IMG/VR virus record: IMGVR_UViG_3300047548_000760
Location: 1 to 60,376 of that record
Length of the DNA stretch: 60,376 nucleotides
Source: a virus
Lineage: Duplodnaviria > Caudoviricetes
Reading direction: 5' to 3' (one strand)
Part shown: one piece after another, positions 52,062 to 60,376 of the stretch
Layout of the letters: the number at the start of each line of letters is the position of its first letter
How positions within the stretch are numbered: position 1 is the first letter of the stretch
Translations under genes and position numbers: made by a program
Notes under the pieces: model-generated
The model's input: only the letters and a program-made list of their open reading frames with translations
Databases searched by the model: none
What the model was told of the DNA's origin: nothing

Positions 52062-52507
52062 GCATCCTCCCGCGTGACGGATTCATTCTCCGGGGCCGAC
52101 TGGGTGTAGCCGCCTCCACCCATGACAACCGTGCGATTGCGCTGCACGGTCTCGCGCACGGCGTTTGGCTTGAACACCATCGCCATCGCGGACTGCCATG
52201 TGTCGGCCACGGCTTTGTGCTTCTCGGCGTCGTAGACCGCCTTCTTGCCGTCATCGACCGCCTTCTGCAGGTCGGCGATGTGCTTTTTCAGGCTGGCGAT
52301 CTCCGCGCTTTGCAACATCAGCAGGGCGGAGTGTTCGCTGTTGGTTCTGTTTAGGGCCTCGGCGTTAGCCTTGTGCTTGTCGCGCTCGGCCGTCACCTCG
52401 GCCAGCGTGTCCTTCAGCTTCTTGATGCCCTCCAGCGCGTCGAGGCCGAAGGTGTGCTTGGCGACAAGCTCGTCGATCTGCGACAGCAGTTGCTCTTTGG
52501 TAGTCAT
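52058..52507 (-). CDS. Hypothetical coiled-coil protein
   Basis: GGAGG RBS, ATGA coupling. Confidence 0.7.
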   Translation of the reverse strand: MTTKEQLLSQIDELVAKHTFGLDALEGIKKLKDTLAEVTAERDKHKANAEALNRTNSEHSALLMLQSAEIASLKKHIADLQKAVDDGKKAVYDAEKHKAVADTWQSAMAMVFKPNAVRETVQRNRTVVMGGGGYTQSAPENESVTREDA

Positions 52508-52857
52508 GCGGCCTCCGACAGCTTGGAGCGCAGGGCGTAGCCCATCAGGGGCCAGACCTTGCTGACCGCGTTCTGCCGCGCGACCCTGCGCCCGACTGCG
52601 GCGTCGAAGTTCTCCGGGCTCGCGCACGCGCTCTCACCCGTAACGGTGAAACCGTTGCGCAGCACCAGGACGCAGAAGGTCAGCAGACTCAGCGGTCCCT
52701 CGTGGTGCTGAACGTCCGTTGGATTGCGCCCGTAGCATCCATCCGCGGCGGTGAAGTAGTGCTCGCTGGCGATGTTCGCCTCGATGTCGGCGGGCGTGAT
52801 GCGCGGCGCCGTCAGGCCCTTGGCCTGGATCTCTTGTTCGATGGATTGGTCGTTCAT
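52504..52857 (-). CDS. Gp49-family phage protein
   Basis: LTFCVLVLRNGFTVTGESACASPENFDA. Confidence 0.85.
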   Translation of the reverse strand: MNDQSIEQEIQAKGLTAPRITPADIEANIASEHYFTAADGCYGRNPTDVQHHEGPLSLLTFCVLVLRNGFTVTGESACASPENFDAAVGRRVARQNAVSKVWPLMGYALRSKLSEAA

Positions 52858-53681
52858 GACACGATCCCCCCGTTCAGGATTTCGCAGCCCAGGTCCGCCT
52901 CGATGGACTTCCAGACGAACTGCAGGGCGTCCTCCAGCACCTTGTGGGGGCGCAGCAGGTCGTACCACATGGTCATCTTCCCGCCGTCGGCGATGCGATA
53001 GCGCAGGCGGGCCTCAACCCGGTAGCGGTCACCGCCCTCGAAGACCGAGATGCCCAGCGCGAAAGTCTCAGGCACCATCAGCCGGCCCTTGGCCGCCGTG
53101 CCTTCGACGGTTTCCTCGTAGGTGATCTGGTGCTGGCCGTTGGACAGGCGCAAGCCCGAGGCGAAGTTGACTTTCTTCTTGGCCTCCAGGCTGCGGCTGA
53201 TCTCCAGCATGTCGGCTGCGGGCGGCTCGGCCACGTCGGGGAGGTTGTCCTCGATGAAGCGGGCGAACTCCTCCTGCGTCATCTGCTTGCCGCTGGCAGC
53301 CATCCAGGTCTGCCACTCGCGGCTGAGGGGGCAGTCGAACGTGGCGCGGTCGTCGCGCCAGCCGGGGGATATGTCGTCGTGGTCGTTGAACACGGCCGTG
53401 AACCCAGGTTTCGGACTCTGTGCGCCATAGATGCGCGCCGAGCGCGGACCGCATCGCCTTTGGCGGACGTACGACACGAAGGACCGTTGATCGCGCAGCG
53501 CCACGGTGCCGCGCGGTCTGGTTGGGGTGTATAGCATGTGCTCCAGGCTGTGCACCTGGGCGCCTGCGGGTAGGGTCACGAACACGACTTCTTCGTGTTG
53601 GTGCACGCCGCCGAGGGCCATGCCGGCGTCGATGGCTGCCTGAACGTCGGTCTGAACGTCGGTCTTGAGGGATGCGCTCAT
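52854..53681 (-). CDS. DUF2303/YfdQ-family protein
   Basis: SREWQTW...QEEFARFIEDN...ARLRYR. Confidence 0.85.
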   Translation of the reverse strand: MSASLKTDVQTDVQAAIDAGMALGGVHQHEEVVFVTLPAGAQVHSLEHMLYTPTRPRGTVALRDQRSFVSYVRQRRCGPRSARIYGAQSPKPGFTAVFNDHDDISPGWRDDRATFDCPLSREWQTWMAASGKQMTQEEFARFIEDNLPDVAEPPAADMLEISRSLEAKKKVNFASGLRLSNGQHQITYEETVEGTAAKGRLMVPETFALGISVFEGGDRYRVEARLRYRIADGGKMTMWYDLLRPHKVLEDALQFVWKSIEADLGCEILNGGIVS

Positions 53682-53684
53682 GGC

Positions 53685-54020
53685 TCAGGCCCCTCCCACA
53701 CGCTTGAGTTCACCGGTCTTGGAGTCCACCGTGCGCAGCCCTTCCAGTTGCATCTGGCGCGGGTCCTCGCGGGTAAGGTTGCCCTCGACGGTGGCAAACA
53801 TGATCGTGCTGCCCTTTTCGTCCTTGGGCATCTTGACCTTGATGTCGTCGACGATCTCGATCTGGCCGGCCTTGCCGGGCTTGAGCACCAGCTTCAGCGT
53901 CAACTCTCCGCTGCGGCCGGTGTCTCCGCACTTGATCGTCAGTTCGTTGAGGGCCTTGGTCAGATCGTCTGTGAGTGTCCCGAACCGCAGTTGGTCCAGG
54001 GTCTGAGTGAAGGGACGCAT
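53685..54020 (-). CDS. Hypothetical protein paired with DUF2303
   Basis: AAGGAG RBS; GELTLKL...GNLTREDPRQ. Confidence 0.8.
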   Translation of the reverse strand: MRPFTQTLDQLRFGTLTDDLTKALNELTIKCGDTGRSGELTLKLVLKPGKAGQIEIVDDIKVKMPKDEKGSTIMFATVEGNLTREDPRQMQLEGLRTVDSKTGELKRVGGA

Positions 54021-54078
54021 GGAAAACTCCTTGATGATGCTGGAGTGAATGCGGGGCTACGCGCCCCGCGGGCGGGCA

Positions 54079-54918
54079 TTACTTGCCGGTGGGGACTGGT
54101 GTGTCGATTTGCGGCGGCAGGTCGGGCGGCGCCTCGGGGTTGATCTCGCCCGTCTCCGCGTCGATGGTCAGCGGGTTGTCCTGCGGCAGGTCGATGTCCA
54201 CGCGCTCGTCCTGCTCGACGGCGCCCGCAAGCTCGATGCTCACGGGCAGGTACTTGAACAAGCGCCGGATGACGGTCTTCTTGGCCATCTCCTCAAAGTG
54301 GTCCACCCAGGGCCCGGACTGCCCGGCGCGGCTCTTGGAGCGCACGCGCTCGATCTCGGCGCGGCTCATGACCTCGAACTGGGTGCCGCCGTCCTTCAGC
54401 TTGGCCACGGCATAGACGAAGCGCAGCGGGCCGCGATCGTCGGCGTCCCAGGCCGGCTCGTGCGTGAGGTCCGGGTTCAGGCCCAGGGCCACGTGGAACT
54501 TGTCGGCCGCATACACGGCCCGGGCCTCCAGGCTCAGGATCTGGCCCGAGCGGCGCGCGAGGTCGATCATGCCCCGGTAGCCGACGATGAACTGGACCTC
54601 GGTGATCTGCTTCTTGCGGTTCTCGAAGGGCAGCAGGTAGGCGTGGCCCAGCGCGCCTCCGGGCTCCAGGCCCAGTTGCGCGCACTGCATGATGGCGCCC
54701 AGGAACGAGGCCTGATCGCAGCGGCCCAGCGCCGGGGTCTTGCGGACCTCGGTCAGGGCGATGCGGGCCAGCCGGTCGGCGGTCATGTGCTTGGGCAGGG
54801 CCAGGGCCATCTGCGCCTTGATGGTGGGATCGGTCAGCAGGCCGGCGATGGTGGTCGGCCGCTTTGCGGCCTCGGTCACCTTGCCGGTGACTGCGGCCTT
54901 GAGGGCGGTAGTGCTCAT
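54079..54918 (-). CDS. recT: RecT ssDNA-annealing recombinase
   Basis: AQLGLEP, AYLLPF, GYRGMIDLARRSG, EMAKKTVIRRLFKYLP. Confidence 0.95.
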   Translation of the reverse strand: MSTTALKAAVTGKVTEAAKRPTTIAGLLTDPTIKAQMALALPKHMTADRLARIALTEVRKTPALGRCDQASFLGAIMQCAQLGLEPGGALGHAYLLPFENRKKQITEVQFIVGYRGMIDLARRSGQILSLEARAVYAADKFHVALGLNPDLTHEPAWDADDRGPLRFVYAVAKLKDGGTQFEVMSRAEIERVRSKSRAGQSGPWVDHFEEMAKKTVIRRLFKYLPVSIELAGAVEQDERVDIDLPQDNPLTIDAETGEINPEAPPDLPPQIDTPVPTGK

Positions 54919-54921
54919 GGA

Positions 54922-55887
54922 TCAGAGTCCTTCTGTGGAAAACGACTTCAGGGCGAAAACCCGCTTGTCCCACTTGCGTTGGAACTCACGGGCCAGCTTG
55001 GGGTGCGCCTCTTTCAGCGCCGTCTCGTCAAGCCACGATCCGCTGCGCTGCTTCCATGTCACCGCCTCTTTACCGTTGGGCATGACGATGCTGGTGCAGT
55101 CGCGCATGGCGCGCTTGACGGCGAACTCCAAAACCTCGGCCTCGGCCTCGCGGGCCTTGATCTCGGCGTTGATCGCTCGCATGCGCATCACTTGCTCGGC
55201 CAGCGTCTCGTCGGCCAGCAAGGGATGGGCATCGGGGTTGTCCTTGTCGAAGAGCTTGGAGAGGTCTTCGAGCGTGGTCGGATCGGGGGCGATGCCGGCC
55301 AGGACGTGATCAGCCCAGAAAGACACGGCCCGCGCGCGCAGGCCGGCGATGGTTTCGTCGTCGGCGTCTACGGGGTACACGCGCAGCTCGTCGGCGCCGA
55401 AGAGCGCTGCCAGCATCGCGTGGCGCCTGCGGGTGACGCCCAGGCCGTGCATGACCTGGGCGGTGTAGTGCACGGGCAGGGTGTCGCTGCCGGACTCGCC
55501 CCACTCGCGCAGCCGAAAGGGGTGGACCGTCTTCAGTTCGACGTTGGTGATCTCCTCGGCGCCGTCCAGGCGGATCTCGAAGTCGATCTCCGCGGCCAGG
55601 AAGGGGTGCTCGTCGTCGCGGTAGCGGCGGTTGCTGGCCACGATGTCCACCTTGCGGCCCTGGGCCTCCAGGCTTTCGACGAGCATCTCGGCCACGGCGC
55701 CCTCCCAGCGGATGCCGCGGGTGAATACCTGCTTGCGCGCGCCCTCCACGCGGGGCGTGGTCTTGTCGCGCCACAAGTCCAGCGGCGTCTTCCAGGGGGA
55801 CAGGCCCAGCACGGCGGCGATGTCGCTGCCGCCCAGCAGCTTGCTGCGGTCGTGGGTTTCGGGGGTGATGACGGACAGGTCGGTCAC
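54922..55887 (-). CDS. YqaJ-type recombination exonuclease
   Basis: LGGSDIAAVLGLSPWKTP, ELKT, Y.AQV motifs; adjacent to recT. Confidence 0.9.
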   Translation of the reverse strand: MTDLSVITPETHDRSKLLGGSDIAAVLGLSPWKTPLDLWRDKTTPRVEGARKQVFTRGIRWEGAVAEMLVESLEAQGRKVDIVASNRRYRDDEHPFLAAEIDFEIRLDGAEEITNVELKTVHPFRLREWGESGSDTLPVHYTAQVMHGLGVTRRRHAMLAALFGADELRVYPVDADDETIAGLRARAVSFWADHVLAGIAPDPTTLEDLSKLFDKDNPDAHPLLADETLAEQVMRMRAINAEIKAREAEAEVLEFAVKRAMRDCTSIVMPNGKEAVTWKQRSGSWLDETALKEAHPKLAREFQRKWDKRVFALKSFSTEGL

Positions 55888-56168
55888 TTGCGGACTCCGG
55901 TGGTGGTGGGGAAAAGGGCGCTACTGCGCGAGGCGCTGTTGTCGATCAGGCTGTCCTCGCAGCAGGCCGAGACGGTGCGGATGTCGCGGTGGACACCCTT
56001 GCAGCCCCAGTATTCGTAGGCGCCGATGCCGAAGTCAGCGGTGATCGAATCAGCCGGCATCCCGCAGCCTGCGCAAAGGTCTTGGGGCGTACAGGAATCG
56101 GCCGGGCACTTCCCGCCGCTGGCCCGGTGCGGGAACCGGTAGGCGGCGCAGTGGCACAGCGCCCTCAC
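55884..56168 (-). CDS. Cys-rich hypothetical protein
   Basis: GTGA-coupled; DFGIGAYEYWG. Confidence 0.6.
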   Translation of the reverse strand: MRALCHCAAYRFPHRASGGKCPADSCTPQDLCAGCGMPADSITADFGIGAYEYWGCKGVHRDIRTVSACCEDSLIDNSASRSSALFPTTTGVRK

Positions 56169-56479
56169 TTGTCGGCCCCGCCGTCGAGTCCGCCCATCTC
56201 CTGCCAGCGGCTGACCTTCTCCGGCGAGCCCCAGCAGTGCGCGGGCGCCTCGTTGTAGAACCAGCCCACGATGGCCGGCAGGGCCTGCAGGGCCTCGTCG
56301 TCGGCGCGGCCGATCGCATCGCGCAGGTTGTTGCGCAGGACCGCGTTGAGGAACGATCCGGTGGGCTGGCCGGACTGGATGTGGGCGTCGATGCCGTAGA
56401 CCAGATGCCCGGGGATGATGCGGCCTCTGACCGCATAGCCGGCACACGAAGGTGCGCGGGCCGTTGTCTGCATGTCCAT
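56165..56479 (-). CDS. Hypothetical protein
   Basis: GGAG RBS; GSFLNAVLRNNL..A.GRAD...CWGS. Confidence 0.75.
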   Translation of the reverse strand: MDMQTTARAPSCAGYAVRGRIIPGHLVYGIDAHIQSGQPTGSFLNAVLRNNLRDAIGRADDEALQALPAIVGWFYNEAPAHCWGSPEKVSRWQEMGGLDGGADK

Positions 56480-56508
56480 TGCTGACTCCGTGATTTAGTG
56501 GAGCCTCC

Positions 56509-56549
56509 ACTATATCCGTAAACGGATGGCCGTCAATCCGTTTGCGGAT
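56509..56549 (-). promoter_or_regulatory. Leftward early promoter (TTGACG-16-TATAGT) overlapped by two operators (56514-56527, 56536-56549)
   Basis: Near-consensus sigma70 boxes; two ATCCG-N4-CGGAT palindromes. Confidence 0.8.
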
Positions 56550-56550
56550 A

Positions 56551-57054
56551 TTACGGGGCGTGAAAAACGGACGCGCGATTGACGAAGGTCACAGATGGGT
56601 CGCGGTTGCCGGCCGCTGCGGCGGCGATGCGCGTGCGGGCCGACTCCTCGGCCTTGAACAACTCGGCATGCGTGACCTGACAGATCAGGTCGGCGTACTC
56701 GGCGGCAAAGCCGTCCAGGCGGGCGATCTCGTCGGGGTACAGCGCACGGGTGCCGCGCGTGGCTTCGCGCTCGATGATGTCCAGCACGGTGCGCTGGGTT
56801 GCAGCGATCGCGCCTTCGGGGTCCTGGGCCACACGCTGTCGCACCAGCTGCTCGGAGATGGCCAGGGACACGAAGAGGGCGGTCCACTGGGCCTCAGTGG
56901 CGCGCCCTTTGCAGACGGCGGTGACGGCTTCGCGCGCGGGAAGCGCAAAGAGAAGGGAGTCGTCCTTGGCCAGCTTCATGCAGCCCTGCAGGGCAACGAG
57001 GTGGGCCATCGGGTTGACGCCCTTGGGCCGGTAGCGCGAACGCTTGCGGCTCAT
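56551..57054 (-). CDS. Hypothetical protein
   Basis: MSRKRSRYRPK; ATGA coupling. Confidence 0.7.
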   Translation of the reverse strand: MSRKRSRYRPKGVNPMAHLVALQGCMKLAKDDSLLFALPAREAVTAVCKGRATEAQWTALFVSLAISEQLVRQRVAQDPEGAIAATQRTVLDIIEREATRGTRALYPDEIARLDGFAAEYADLICQVTHAELFKAEESARTRIAAAAAGNRDPSVTFVNRASVFHAP

Positions 57055-57605
57055 CGCGCACCAGCCCAAGAGAACACGCTGGCGCCTTGCACTGTTCTCG
57101 TCCAGGTCTTGCCGGTGCGAACACGCGAGACGCAATGGGTGCTGACCTCCAGCGCATACGCGATGTCCACGCCGGTCTGGTCGCTTTCCCGAATCCAGTC
57201 GGCCAGTTCCTGCGTGATGCGGGTCATGCCGGAGGCGATCTTGTTGCGCCGATTGATCAGGGACCGGGCAGGGTCGCCTCTGAGTCGGCCTGTGCCCTCA
57301 AGCCACCGTCCCAGGGCCTGCCTGGGGCCTGCACGCAGGTGCTGCGGGTTGCCGCACATAGAGTTGTGGCACGTCCTCCAGACTGTCCAGTCGCGCGCTT
57401 TGCCCAGCGGCCTGCCGGCCAGGATCCAGCCGGCGCGCTGCAGCGTCTCGGTGCGCTGCAGGTCTGGCAGCCAGACGTTGGCGCCCCAGTCTCCAAGGCG
57501 GTTCGGCTTTCGGGTGACCTGGAACACCCAGCAACCCGTGATGTCGTCCTCGACGCACCGCTCGCGCAGGTGCTCAAGTGTCCGTATTCCTGGTGGGGTC
57601 GGCAT
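57051..57605 (-). CDS. HNH-like/Zn-binding protein with C-terminal HTH
   Basis: TGCW...TCHNSMCGNPQHL; IAYALEVSTHCVSRVR..KTW; catalytic His not evident. Confidence 0.6.
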   Translation of the reverse strand: MPTPPGIRTLEHLRERCVEDDITGCWVFQVTRKPNRLGDWGANVWLPDLQRTETLQRAGWILAGRPLGKARDWTVWRTCHNSMCGNPQHLRAGPRQALGRWLEGTGRLRGDPARSLINRRNKIASGMTRITQELADWIRESDQTGVDIAYALEVSTHCVSRVRTGKTWTRTVQGASVFSWAGAR

Positions 57606-57838
57606 CAGACCCCCGAGACCAATGCGTAGAGCCAGCGCGCGACCTGGACGATGCCCAGCACGCCCACCCAGGCGCCGATGACGCACATGACTAGCAGGAA
57701 CGCTCCGGCGCGATCCAGAGGCGGGCCGTCTTGCTCTTCGGCCGGGATCTCGCAGGCATCGGGGTGCGGACACTCTCTGCGGCCCTGCTGGCAAGCCCCA
57801 GAGCAGCCTCGAAGTTGCATGGGTTCGTGCGGTGCCAT
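57605..57838 (-). CDS. Small membrane protein with Cys motif
   Basis: CQQGRRECPHPDAC then a TM helix. Confidence 0.65.
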   Translation of the reverse strand: MAPHEPMQLRGCSGACQQGRRECPHPDACEIPAEEQDGPPLDRAGAFLLVMCVIGAWVGVLGIVQVARWLYALVSGV

Positions 57839-57839
57839 G

Positions 57840-58052
57840 TCAGCGCCCTCCGATTGCGAAGGCCAGGATCGCCAGGGCGACGCCCACGGCAAACCACGCG
57901 CAGGCGCGGGCGAGCACTCGGGCCTCGCGGCGGTAGCACGTTATGGCACAGGCTCTCTCCGTGCCGCCGAAAGCCTCCTGCAACGTGCGCGGGTAGCGGC
58001 GCACGCTTGGCCATCCTTCGGTGGATAGATCCGGGTTGGTTTGGGACAGCAT
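57840..58052 (-). CDS. Small membrane protein
   Basis: GGAG RBS; RRYPRTLQEAF; C-terminal TM. Confidence 0.65.
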   Translation of the reverse strand: MLSQTNPDLSTEGWPSVRRYPRTLQEAFGGTERACAITCYRREARVLARACAWFAVGVALAILAFAIGGR

Positions 58053-58088
58053 GATCGGACTCCGGTAATGCAAAGAGAGTCCGACTTT

Positions 58089-58102
58089 ATCCGAAAACGG
58101 AT
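58089..58102. promoter_or_regulatory. Operator ATCCGAAAACGGAT
   Basis: Same palindrome, intergenic before the left early genes. Confidence 0.7.
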
Positions 58103-58127
58103 ATTTAGCCGCAAGCCAAAGCGGTTT

Positions 58128-58436
58128 TCAGGAGCGCAACTGCAACACCTCGCACAGCGGTAGCTGGGGTTGGTTCACGGCGTCTGCCCAGGCCCGCAGG
58201 GAGTTGGAGATTTCCTCTAGGCGCTCCAGCACGAGGTCTGCGTGCTCGGGTTCGATGCCGCGCACGGCAGCGTCGATCTGCCCGGAGGCGGTGATAGTCA
58301 GGGCAAGGCCTGCTACTGGCGCATCAGCCGCGTTGGCCTTGGTGACCATCCATCGACGGATGTCGGCTACGCGAGACGTATCGGGTTTGGGCAGGGTGTG
58401 TAGTGGGTCAGCGAGGGGTGGCGCGCTTCTTGGCAT
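58128..58436 (-). CDS. Hypothetical protein overlapping the 3' end of cI
   Basis: AGGAG upstream inside the cI tail; start uncertain. Confidence 0.55.
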   Translation of the reverse strand: MPRSAPPLADPLHTLPKPDTSRVADIRRWMVTKANAADAPVAGLALTITASGQIDAAVRGIEPEHADLVLERLEEISNSLRAWADAVNQPQLPLCEVLQLRS

Positions 58437-58887
58437 AACTAGGTCCGCTCTCCTGTACTTTGTCCTTAATAGGTCGCGCGACCGCTTTGGCATGGGCTGC
58501 GCGCCGTGATGGTGGCACAGGAACGGAAGAGTCAACGGAATACTGTGAAGCTGAAAGGGCGGGTTGTTGGTCCTGCGTAACTCCGGCGGCGTAACCCAGA
58601 AGGCGGTGGCGCGCCTCGGGCTTTAGTGCCTGGATGGCCTGCAGAAGGGCGATCTCTGCTGGATCATCCAGCAGCAAAGAAGCGGGCGATGTGCTGAAGG
58701 CGCGGGCAATCTGCGCAAGCGAGTCGGAGGTGGCCGACGAGTCCGCCGACAGGATGCGGGCAACAGTGCTTTGAGACAGGCCGGCGCGTTTGGCCAGCTT
58801 GACCTGCGTGTCGAGGTCAGGGCGCGCACCCATGAGTGTGCGTAGGCGGTCGGCGATGACCTGCCGAAGTTGGGCAGCGGGGTTCAT
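58408..58887 (-). CDS. cI: CI-like repressor (XRE HTH, no S24 peptidase domain)
   Basis: TQVKLAKRAGLSQSTVARIL; divergent from cro. Confidence 0.8.
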   Translation of the reverse strand: MNPAAQLRQVIADRLRTLMGARPDLDTQVKLAKRAGLSQSTVARILSADSSATSDSLAQIARAFSTSPASLLLDDPAEIALLQAIQALKPEARHRLLGYAAGVTQDQQPALSASQYSVDSSVPVPPSRRAAHAKAVARPIKDKVQESGPSYAKKRATPR

Positions 58888-58911
58888 AAGGGTATGGTGC
58901 CTGAGAGTGCC

Positions 58912-58975
58912 ATCCGTATGCGGATACATGAGAGGAGTGCGAAGCGCTTTATGCATATCCGTTTTCGGATAGACT
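58912..58975. promoter_or_regulatory. cI/cro switch: operators 58912-58925 and 58957-58970; rightward -10 TAGACT (58970-58975)
   Basis: Two ATCCG-N4-CGGAT palindromes; cro ATG 6 nt after the -10 with no SD. Confidence 0.75.
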
Positions 58976-58981
58976 GCCCGC

Positions 58982-59257
58982 ATGAAGGTCCAAGAAACGA
59001 TCCACGAGTACCTGCTTCGCAGGCTCCAGGAGCTTCGTGGCCAGCACGCGCGCATCGCGGCTGAGACCGGGGTTCCGCAGTCGACGCTGAGTCGCATCCA
59101 AAGCGGCCAGGGCAGCCCGCGGCTTGAGTCGGTGCAGCCGCTGCTTGACTGGATCTCGGCATATGACGCACAGCGCGCCGCGCGAAAGCGGGCTTCACGC
59201 GGCGCTCGGCGCGACGGGAGCGGCGCGCGCGTCGTCGAACCCGCTGCTACCCATTGA
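58982..59257 (+). CDS. cro: Cro-like HTH protein
   Basis: IAAETGVPQSTLSRI...PRLESVQPLL. Confidence 0.8.
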   Translation: MKVQETIHEYLLRRLQELRGQHARIAAETGVPQSTLSRIQSGQGSPRLESVQPLLDWISAYDAQRAARKRASRGARRDGSGARVVEPAATH

Positions 59258-59419
59258 ACACCCGCGACCACCGGAGGCGATGGCCACGATGAACACCACG
59301 ATGAGCGAGGCCTCGATGACTTCGCGCACTGTCCGCCAAGAGGCGGGCACGCCGTTGCAGGCGGCGCCGACCGTGAAGAAGGCGGCGGCGGCCAGAAACG
59401 TGACGACGGCCCAGGTCAC
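59195..59419 (-). CDS. Putative two-TM membrane protein antisense to the early right operon
   Basis: Two hydrophobic segments; GC-rich third positions; fills the cro to cII-position gap; no clear SD. Confidence 0.45.
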   Translation of the reverse strand: MTWAVVTFLAAAAFFTVGAACNGVPASWRTVREVIEASLIVVFIVAIASGGRGCSMGSSGFDDARAAPVAPSAA

Positions 59420-59422
59420 CGC

Positions 59423-59680
59423 ATGAGTCCGGTTTCAGGCCCTGGCGGCAAGCTCACCCACCGGCTGGACATTCCGATGTCTGAGGCCGACATGGAGGCC
59501 CTCATCGCCCTGGCGGCAGTGGCCGGCGTCACCAAGGCGGAATACGCCCGGTGGGTGCTGCGACGCGCGATCTGGGGGGAAATGAGCATGCTTCGCACCG
59601 TAGCGCGTTCGGCGCGGGTTATGCCATCCGAGGATGATGGGACGACCACTTTGTATCCTCCTGGACGGGGGAGCGTTTGA
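59423..59680 (+). CDS. RHH-like regulator at the CII position
   Basis: RLDIPMSE...GVTKAEYARWVL. Confidence 0.65.
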   Translation: MSPVSGPGGKLTHRLDIPMSEADMEALIALAAVAGVTKAEYARWVLRRAIWGEMSMLRTVARSARVMPSEDDGTTTLYPPGRGSV

Positions 59681-60020
59681 GCGTGAGCAACTCCTGGTGG
59701 ATCACGCACCAGCTGCTGGCTTTGGGCGAAACCGCGACCGGATCGAGGTTGACGCGCCCACGTTCAACCCCAGGCCGGCAGGCGTGATCCGCGACGGCAG
59801 CGCCACTGCTGCCGTTCTCGACTGGATGCGATCACGCAAGTCGGGGGTCTGGTGGACCCGGGGGCAGATTATGGCCGGCACCCGTCGCAGCGAGAAGGCG
59901 GTGAACTGGGCGCTGCTGTACCTGCGATCGCAGGGTCACATCGAGTGTGTGCCTGACGGCGCACGCAATCCGCAGTACCGGCGCTACCGGGCGGTCCAGC
60001 AGCCAGGGGCCAAGTCATGA
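59677..60020 (+). CDS. Winged-HTH protein, apparently split by a -1 frame change near 59721-59731
   Basis: TTG start overlaps the upstream stop (MSVSNSWWITHQLLAL); wHTH body lies in the -1 frame. Confidence 0.55.
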
Positions 60021-60376
60021 ACTACTACCCCTTCCACCTGGGCGACTACGCAGCCCACACGGCGCACCTTGATCCGCTGGAGGACATCGCCTACCGGCGC
60101 TTGCTGGACGCCTACTACCTGTCCGAGGCGCCGCTGCAGGGCAGGCCCGAGCAGCTTGCCCGGCTTATCCGCATGCGCGAGCACGCCGATGTGGTCGCCC
60201 AAGTGCTGGTCGAGTTCTTCGAGCAAGAAGACGCTGGCCCGGCCGACAGCCCGATCCCGGTCTGGCGGCACGACCGCTGCGACGTGGAGATCGAGAAGTA
60301 CCGCAGCATGCTTGAAGGCGGGCGCAAGGGGGCGGCGATACGGTGGGCAAAGGCCCCCGATAGGGGGGGCATAGGG
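60017..60376 (+). CDS. Replication initiator (YdaU/DUF1376-type), N-terminal part
   Basis: MNYYPFHLGDYAAHTAHL.PLEDIAYRRLLD.YY..E.PL; open to the window end. Confidence 0.9.
   Translation, partial: MNYYPFHLGDYAAHTAHLDPLEDIAYRRLLDAYYLSEAPLQGRPEQLARLIRMREHADVVAQVLVEFFEQEDAGPADSPIPVWRHDRCDVEIEKYRSMLEGGRKGAAIRWAKAPDRGGIG

Noticed and set aside
54049-56019. 656-aa plus-strand ORF
   Set aside because: Antisense shadow of yqaJ and recT

Overview
The window looks like a near-complete, circularly permuted genome of a GC-rich temperate podovirus-type phage. It resembles Bcep22/Lessievirus-like phages, and the host is probably a betaproteobacterium (inference). The contig breaks inside the YdaU/DUF1376-type replication initiator gene, at G-rich iteron-like repeats. 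The + strand carries cro, the replication genes, a nin-like region, terS and a 4,142-aa DarB-like polyvalent protein. An attP with a tRNA-Asn 3' half follows. The - strand carries cI, YqaJ/RecT, SSB and xis, then terL, portal, lysis, ejection, head and tail genes, a fatty-acid desaturase and the tyrosine integrase. Main unusual observations: (1) three +1-frame genes with their own AAGGAG ribosome-binding sites are nested in the linkers of the giant gene; (2) a motif GTGGCAAGCGTGGCA-NNNT occurs six times, each in front of a late gene block; (3) the structural block separates xis from int and terS from terL, with a 12-bp relic at the junctions; (4) a repressor-type operator ATCCG-N4-CGGAT also lies inside attP; (5) a csrA-like gene sits directly before a CAGGACG hairpin in the capsid mRNA leader; (6) the tail proteins may chain by donor-strand complementation; (7) there is a candidate -1 frameshift in an early wHTH gene. 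Family assignments come from motif recognition by eye; no database search was run.
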